Shown here piece by piece: positions 34,283-38,387 of a DNA stretch of 38,387 nucleotides. The DNA comes from a virus (taxonomy: Duplodnaviria > Caudoviricetes), in IMG/VR virus record IMGVR_UViG_3300048598_000552, positions 1 through 38,387 of that record; one strand, written 5' to 3'. The notes beneath the pieces are model-generated. The model worked only from the letters and a program-made list of their open reading frames with translations. It made no database searches and was not told the origin of the DNA. The position numbers and the translations under genes are program-made. Each line of letters starts with the position of its first letter. Position 1 is the stretch's first letter.

Positions 34283-34854
34283 GTGATTATCCAATTACCA
34301 GTCAAAGGGGCCAGTTGATACTGGACTATATTCCGGCCTATTACCATGCCAGCCGGGTGATGAGGTCGATTATCCAGGCGCTGGGAACCGAGTTTGATAG
34401 TGTTCAGGATGCCTTTCAGTCCGTTTTGAAACAGTTTTATATCAATACCGCCGACGAATGGGGATTGGATTTATGGGAGAAGGAACTGGCGCTGCCGCCA
34501 GGTGATTCGGAGACCGTGGCTGAACGGCGGCAACGGATCATTGCCAAATTGCGCGGCAATGGTACGGCCACGATAAAAGCCATTAAATCATTGGCCGAAA
34601 GCTATGATAAAGGTTTAATCGATGTTGCCGAGGATTTTTCACAATACACGGTGATTCGGTTTGTGGATACAACCGGTATTCCATCGAACATTGATGACTT
34701 GAAGGCCATCGTCCGGGAGATTGTACCGGCGCATCTGGCGCTGGATTTTCAATATAACTATTTTATTTGGGATGAGCTTGATGCGCTAAGCCTTAATTGG
34801 GATGAGTTTGATGCGCTGAACCTCACCTGGGACCAGATACTGGTATATAAATGA
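34279..34854 (+). CDS. baseplate protein (XkdU/DUF2313-like)
   Basis: QFYINTA.EWGLDLWEKEL, ERRQRIIAKLRG, PAHL. Confidence 0.85.
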   Translation: MSDYPITSQRGQLILDYIPAYYHASRVMRSIIQALGTEFDSVQDAFQSVLKQFYINTADEWGLDLWEKELALPPGDSETVAERRQRIIAKLRGNGTATIKAIKSLAESYDKGLIDVAEDFSQYTVIRFVDTTGIPSNIDDLKAIVREIVPAHLALDFQYNYFIWDELDALSLNWDEFDALNLTWDQILVYK

Positions 34855-34869
34855 TTGGAGTGATTTATT

Positions 34870-36408
34870 ATGCCAACCACTACGCCAAAACTCGGGATTG
34901 AAAAACCGCTTGGTAATGAAACGGTCAATCGTAATGTAATCAACCTAAATTATGACAAAATTGATGAGAATGCCGCCGCCCAGAGCCAAGTTGATGAGCC
35001 GTTTTATCTTAAATCGGCGGTGTATGACGCGGGGAATAATAAAATTGATCTGACGTTTGGCCCAGGGAAGGCGTCGTTTTTGGGGACGTTAGTTTCGAAG
35101 ACCGCTGATTTTAGTTATAGCATTAATTCCCCCACTTCAAATACCACATATTATGTGTTTATCAAAAATGATGGGAGTTGTACGCATAACACCACCGGAG
35201 AGGCGATTACGGGGGCGGCTCTGATTTGGAAGGTTATTAATGGGGTGTCCGTAGAAAACATTACCACCGAAGATGTGAGAGGTCGGCTCCCGGATGCGTC
35301 GGCCAGGGCGGTGCAGGATAATTTGGAGAGCCATGCGGGATCGGGAGATAATGCCCATGCTTTGGCCACTCAAAGTACTGCCGGGTTCATGAGTGCGGCT
35401 GATAAAACAAATTTGACCAATCACCTTGGCTCTGGTGGTACGGCTCACGCTACGGCCACTCAAAGTACTGCCGGGTTCATGAGTGCGGCGGATAAAACGA
35501 TTTTGGATTTATTGGCGTCGGCTAATGTTACAAATTATAACTTATCCTTCGAATACGACAGCGATGCGGACGGTGTCCCTGATGGTTGGAACTGGGTTAA
35601 CTTTCCAAACGGAACTTGTGAAATGGATACATCGGCAGTTGAAGGGACTTATTGCGTTAAAATCACGCACCCAGGTGGAAGTGGTAGCGGCGGTGGCCAT
35701 TTAACTTCCGGATTCATTCCAATCCAAAGGCAGGTAAATAATTATTTTATACAGTTTGCGTTATGGTCCTCTGTGGCGGGTATTCGAAATGACATTGTTC
35801 TACTCTTTTATGACTCAAATAAGGCCTATATATCCAGTGTGTCGGTTTATTCCAGCACTTCGAACCCGACAAGCGCAGCCCTATTCATAACCCAAATCCC
35901 ATCCATACCATCCAATAGTAAATGGTGTAAAATCCGACTGTATGGCGGACACGATGCGGTAGCTACGGGCGGAACGACGCGTTTTGACTGTATTAGTCTG
36001 TATAATATGTTTCACTTAACTGGTAATAACGCGGGAACAGTGCCAACGTTTCCGGAGCGGGCAAAAGCCTCTGATATAAATTTTACTGATGCGGAGGCAA
36101 ATTTGTATGTACGAAGCAATAAAGGATTCCGGCTTGGTTATATGCCGTGCACAATTAGTTTAACAGTTAAAGGCGGTTCCACCGGTATAGGAGCCGAATT
36201 CAGATTACGATGTGGTTCGGAGTATGGCGATTATTATTTTTTAGCAACGACGAACTACCAATATGTAGATGTCCCGCTATCGATTACGATTGCCGATCCA
36301 TCCTCCCCAATAATGCTTGCAGTCCAGTACAGGACTCGTGGAACCGATTGGGTGGGAGTGAAGCGAGAGTCTACGTCTGCAACAATTTCTGTAGTTAATA
36401 ACTGGTAA
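34870..36408 (+). CDS. tail fibre / receptor-binding protein
   Basis: TPKLGIEKP...NYDKIDE N-terminus, two ATQSTAGFMSAADK repeats, CBM-like NLSFE..DGVPDGW region. Confidence 0.8.
   Translation: MPTTTPKLGIEKPLGNETVNRNVINLNYDKIDENAAAQSQVDEPFYLKSAVYDAGNNKIDLTFGPGKASFLGTLVSKTADFSYSINSPTSNTTYYVFIKNDGSCTHNTTGEAITGAALIWKVINGVSVENITTEDVRGRLPDASARAVQDNLESHAGSGDNAHALATQSTAGFMSAADKTNLTNHLGSGGTAHATATQSTAGFMSAADKTILDLLASANVTNYNLSFEYDSDADGVPDGWNWVNFPNGTCEMDTSAVEGTYCVKITHPGGSGSGGGHLTSGFIPIQRQVNNYFIQFALWSSVAGIRNDIVLLFYDSNKAYISSVSVYSSTSNPTSAALFITQIPSIPSNSKWCKIRLYGGHDAVATGGTTRFDCISLYNMFHLTGNNAGTVPTFPERAKASDINFTDAEANLYVRSNKGFRLGYMPCTISLTVKGGSTGIGAEFRLRCGSEYGDYYFLATTNYQYVDVPLSITIADPSSPIMLAVQYRTRGTDWVGVKRESTSATISVVNNW
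35364..35498 (+). repeat. 45-bp direct repeat (1 mismatch), 90-bp period, in the fibre gene
   Basis: GGCCACTCAAAGTACTGCCGGGTTCATGAGTGCGGC(T/G)GATAAAAC at 35364 and 35454. Confidence 0.9.
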
Positions 36409-36427
36409 CGGATGAATTTGACGCGCT
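36405..36427 (+). repeat. 23-bp direct repeat, copy 2
   Basis: Identical to 23658-23680; contains the fibre stop codon. Confidence 0.9.
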
Positions 36428-36441
36428 AGGAGGGAAAAATA

Positions 36442-36663
36442 GTGGTAAACGTACTAGTGATTTTTGATGAGGAAAACATTTACGCATGGCTGGTTGGCGA
36501 ATCGGTAGAAAGTGCTGAAATGCATATTATGAACGGATACCCGAAATTGATTGAGCCATACCGACAAGGGAACATTAAAACAGCAATTATATCAGTACCG
36601 GAGGATGATGCTTTTAATAAGACCCTGTATAGGGTTATTGATGGCGAAATAAGGAATATTTAA
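36442..36663 (+). CDS. small protein after the fibre gene (possible fibre chaperone)
   Basis: RBS AGGAGG, GTG start, ends YRVIDGEI. Confidence 0.6.
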   Translation: MVNVLVIFDEENIYAWLVGESVESAEMHIMNGYPKLIEPYRQGNIKTAIISVPEDDAFNKTLYRVIDGEIRNI

Positions 36664-36684
36664 TAAAATTTTAATAATTCTTCA

Positions 36685-36713
36685 TTGAACATTTTACATT
36701 TTTAGGATATCAT
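36685..36713 (+). promoter_or_regulatory. sigma-A-like promoter
   Basis: TTGAAC-N17-TATCAT with AT-rich upstream sequence. Confidence 0.6.
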
Positions 36714-36744
36714 TGAATTAAGAATAATATTAGGAGTGAGGCAA

Positions 36745-37656
36745 ATGAAAAAGATATTTGCAGTGTTGATCTGTTTGATAGTGGTTTTTGGTCTGATTGG
36801 CTGCGGCGGTTCAAAACCTCCTACAAGAACATATACTTTGGAAATCAATGTTACCGGCCAATCAATCCAGGAAACAGCGGTGTATATGGCAAATAAATTG
36901 CATTCCATGGCCGTAATAAAAGATCCGGACTGGTGGATCGACCGGGCTGAAAATGAATATTTTAATTATATTATGAGAGGTTCTGATGGCAATTTGGATG
37001 GGGGCGTCGAAGCCCATGCAATATTGCGTGATGATTTAGGGAATACGGTTGCACCTATTAATACGAATGATATAGTTTGGTCAAGTCCTGATAATCCGGT
37101 TTGGAGCGCAACCGGTCTAACCGCTAATTATTATAGTAGTACTCAAAACCGATATGTATTAAGAGTTGATTTTGATGGTGATATCTATACCGATGTCAAT
37201 ACCGGAGACATGACCCCAATCCATGTTACATTATCGGCGGAAGCGGTTGTAATACTGGTTTATTCAAATTCCGAGTTTCCCGGTCAGACCGATTATTTTA
37301 ATATGACGAATATCCAATGTGTGTCCGGGCCAATCGGCGCGGAAATTTACCACACAAATGAGGGCGGCATCGATTATATAAACGCGCCGTTTGGCATGGC
37401 GTTAATACTCGATCAGGAGATTGACCACCTAACCAGCGAAATCAATTGGTTTATACTTGGTTCTGTCAAGAAAGTTCCGGATGGCTTAACATTCACTGAT
37501 ACAAAATTACCGCTAACCAATTACGGTACATATATTGTTCGGTTAAGTGGCGGCGGATATGCAAAAGTTCAGGCGTGGATGGGAACATCAATAATGTGGT
37601 TTTTATATTCAACCTCACCTGATAACCAGTTTTCAATTCACTATGGGACATTATAA
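36745..37656 (+). CDS. lipoprotein (moron-like)
   Basis: MKKIFAVLICLIVVFGLIG-C lipobox; has its own promoter and terminator. Confidence 0.8.
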   Translation: MKKIFAVLICLIVVFGLIGCGGSKPPTRTYTLEINVTGQSIQETAVYMANKLHSMAVIKDPDWWIDRAENEYFNYIMRGSDGNLDGGVEAHAILRDDLGNTVAPINTNDIVWSSPDNPVWSATGLTANYYSSTQNRYVLRVDFDGDIYTDVNTGDMTPIHVTLSAEAVVILVYSNSEFPGQTDYFNMTNIQCVSGPIGAEIYHTNEGGIDYINAPFGMALILDQEIDHLTSEINWFILGSVKKVPDGLTFTDTKLPLTNYGTYIVRLSGGGYAKVQAWMGTSIMWFLYSTSPDNQFSIHYGTL

Positions 37657-37687
37657 TAGCCGTTTAAACGATTTTTATCTATGATTT

Positions 37688-37714
37688 AAAACCGCTTCAA
37701 AGAGGCGGTTTTTT
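37688..37714 (+). terminator. intrinsic terminator
   Basis: AAAACCGCTTC-aaa-GAGGCGGTTTTTT. Confidence 0.8.
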
Positions 37715-37742
37715 ATAATCACGACGGAGGTGTTTTGCACTT

Positions 37743-38387
37743 ATGGAACAGTATATTGCATTGTTGTTAATGATCCTACCGGGATTTGCGGCTCATCAGA
37801 TTTATGAACGGATGAACAGCGGAACCAAAGCTGAAGATACGTTCGATAAAACGGCCATTTCTCTGCTTTATAGTGTTGGAGTATTGGGAATGAACTATTT
37901 TTTTATTTGGCTCTTATGGGGTTTAACAACTATCAGCCAGATTATGAATAGTTTCAATCGTATTGGGTTTATTTTGAGTTATATCTTGATTACAGTGGCT
38001 TCGTGTCTAATTGTAGCGGTGATCTGGAACTTTATTTATCCGAGGATTCCATGGGTATTAAATCTGGTTCGCCGAATTGAAAAAAAACCGGATATCGGTG
38101 AACAGGAAACCGTTTGGGACCATATATTCCGAAAAACTAAGTATCATGCGGTTTCTATTGAAAGAGACGGCGTAGAAATAGTGAACGGGATAATTTCTGG
38201 ATTTAGTTTTGGCCATAATACCAATAAAGAGTTTTATATCGAACAAGTCGGCTTAATTAAGAAACGGCCTGAATTATTCGATGAGGTCAAAGGAGTTTAT
38301 ATTGATTGCCAGAATAACTTAATAATAAAAGAGTACGACCTCAAGAAGGCGTACTCTGAAATGGATTCCAAAGGTGTTAAGTACTAG
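37743..38387 (+). CDS. membrane protein, 3 TM + soluble domain (DUF6338-like)
   Basis: ILPGF in first TM, TVWDHIF, RBS GGAGGTG. Confidence 0.65.
   Translation: MEQYIALLLMILPGFAAHQIYERMNSGTKAEDTFDKTAISLLYSVGVLGMNYFFIWLLWGLTTISQIMNSFNRIGFILSYILITVASCLIVAVIWNFIYPRIPWVLNLVRRIEKKPDIGEQETVWDHIFRKTKYHAVSIERDGVEIVNGIISGFSFGHNTNKEFYIEQVGLIKKRPELFDEVKGVYIDCQNNLIIKEYDLKKAYSEMDSKGVKY

Larger units (their letters stand above)
1..38387 (+). mobile_element. Mu-like transposable prophage with contractile (PBSX/Xkd-like) tail; ends not seen
   Basis: Co-oriented MuA/MuB-like pair, GemA, Mor, gp27-like, terminase, portal, capsid, sheath/tube/baseplate genes in phage order. Confidence 0.93.

Noticed and set aside
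34870-38387. Diversity-generating retroelement or Gin-type invertible fibre cassette
   Set aside because: No reverse transcriptase, no adenine-specific TR/VR pair, and no invertase or inverted fibre copy in the window
1-38387. Mu-type terminal repeats / prophage ends
   Set aside because: Window starts and ends at gene boundaries; no convincing TG...CA ends or transposase-binding repeats were identified

Overview
The whole window looks like most of a Mu-like (transposable) prophage from a Bacillota host. Neither prophage end nor the repressor is visible. Gene order: early region (MuA-like DDE transposase, MuB-like AAA ATPase, ParM-like actin plus ParR-like partner, AbrB, HAD phosphatase, GemA, Mor); then a tRNA-like mini-RNA and an initiator-type tRNA-Met(CAU); a Dam-family methyltransferase; a lysis cassette (M15 peptidase, holin-like protein, two overlapped spanin-like ORFs); gp27-like small terminase; a LoaP/NusG-like antiterminator followed by a structured RNA; head genes; a PBSX/Xkd-type contractile tail; and two AT-rich accessory genes. 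Most notable: (1) an apparently complete plasmid-type ParMRC segregation system inside a transposable phage, where the palindrome upstream of parM (4374-4391) recurs as an 11-bp-phased array near mid-window (18226-18287); (2) a phage LoaP-like protein with a UACG-tetraloop RNA directly upstream of the ~22 kb virion operon; (3) a 61-nt CCA-ending tRNA-like element 3 nt upstream of a variant tRNA-fMet; (4) dual-frame overlapped membrane coiled-coil genes; (5) an exact 23-bp repeat bracketing the tail module. All protein family calls come from motifs and synteny read by eye, not database searches.
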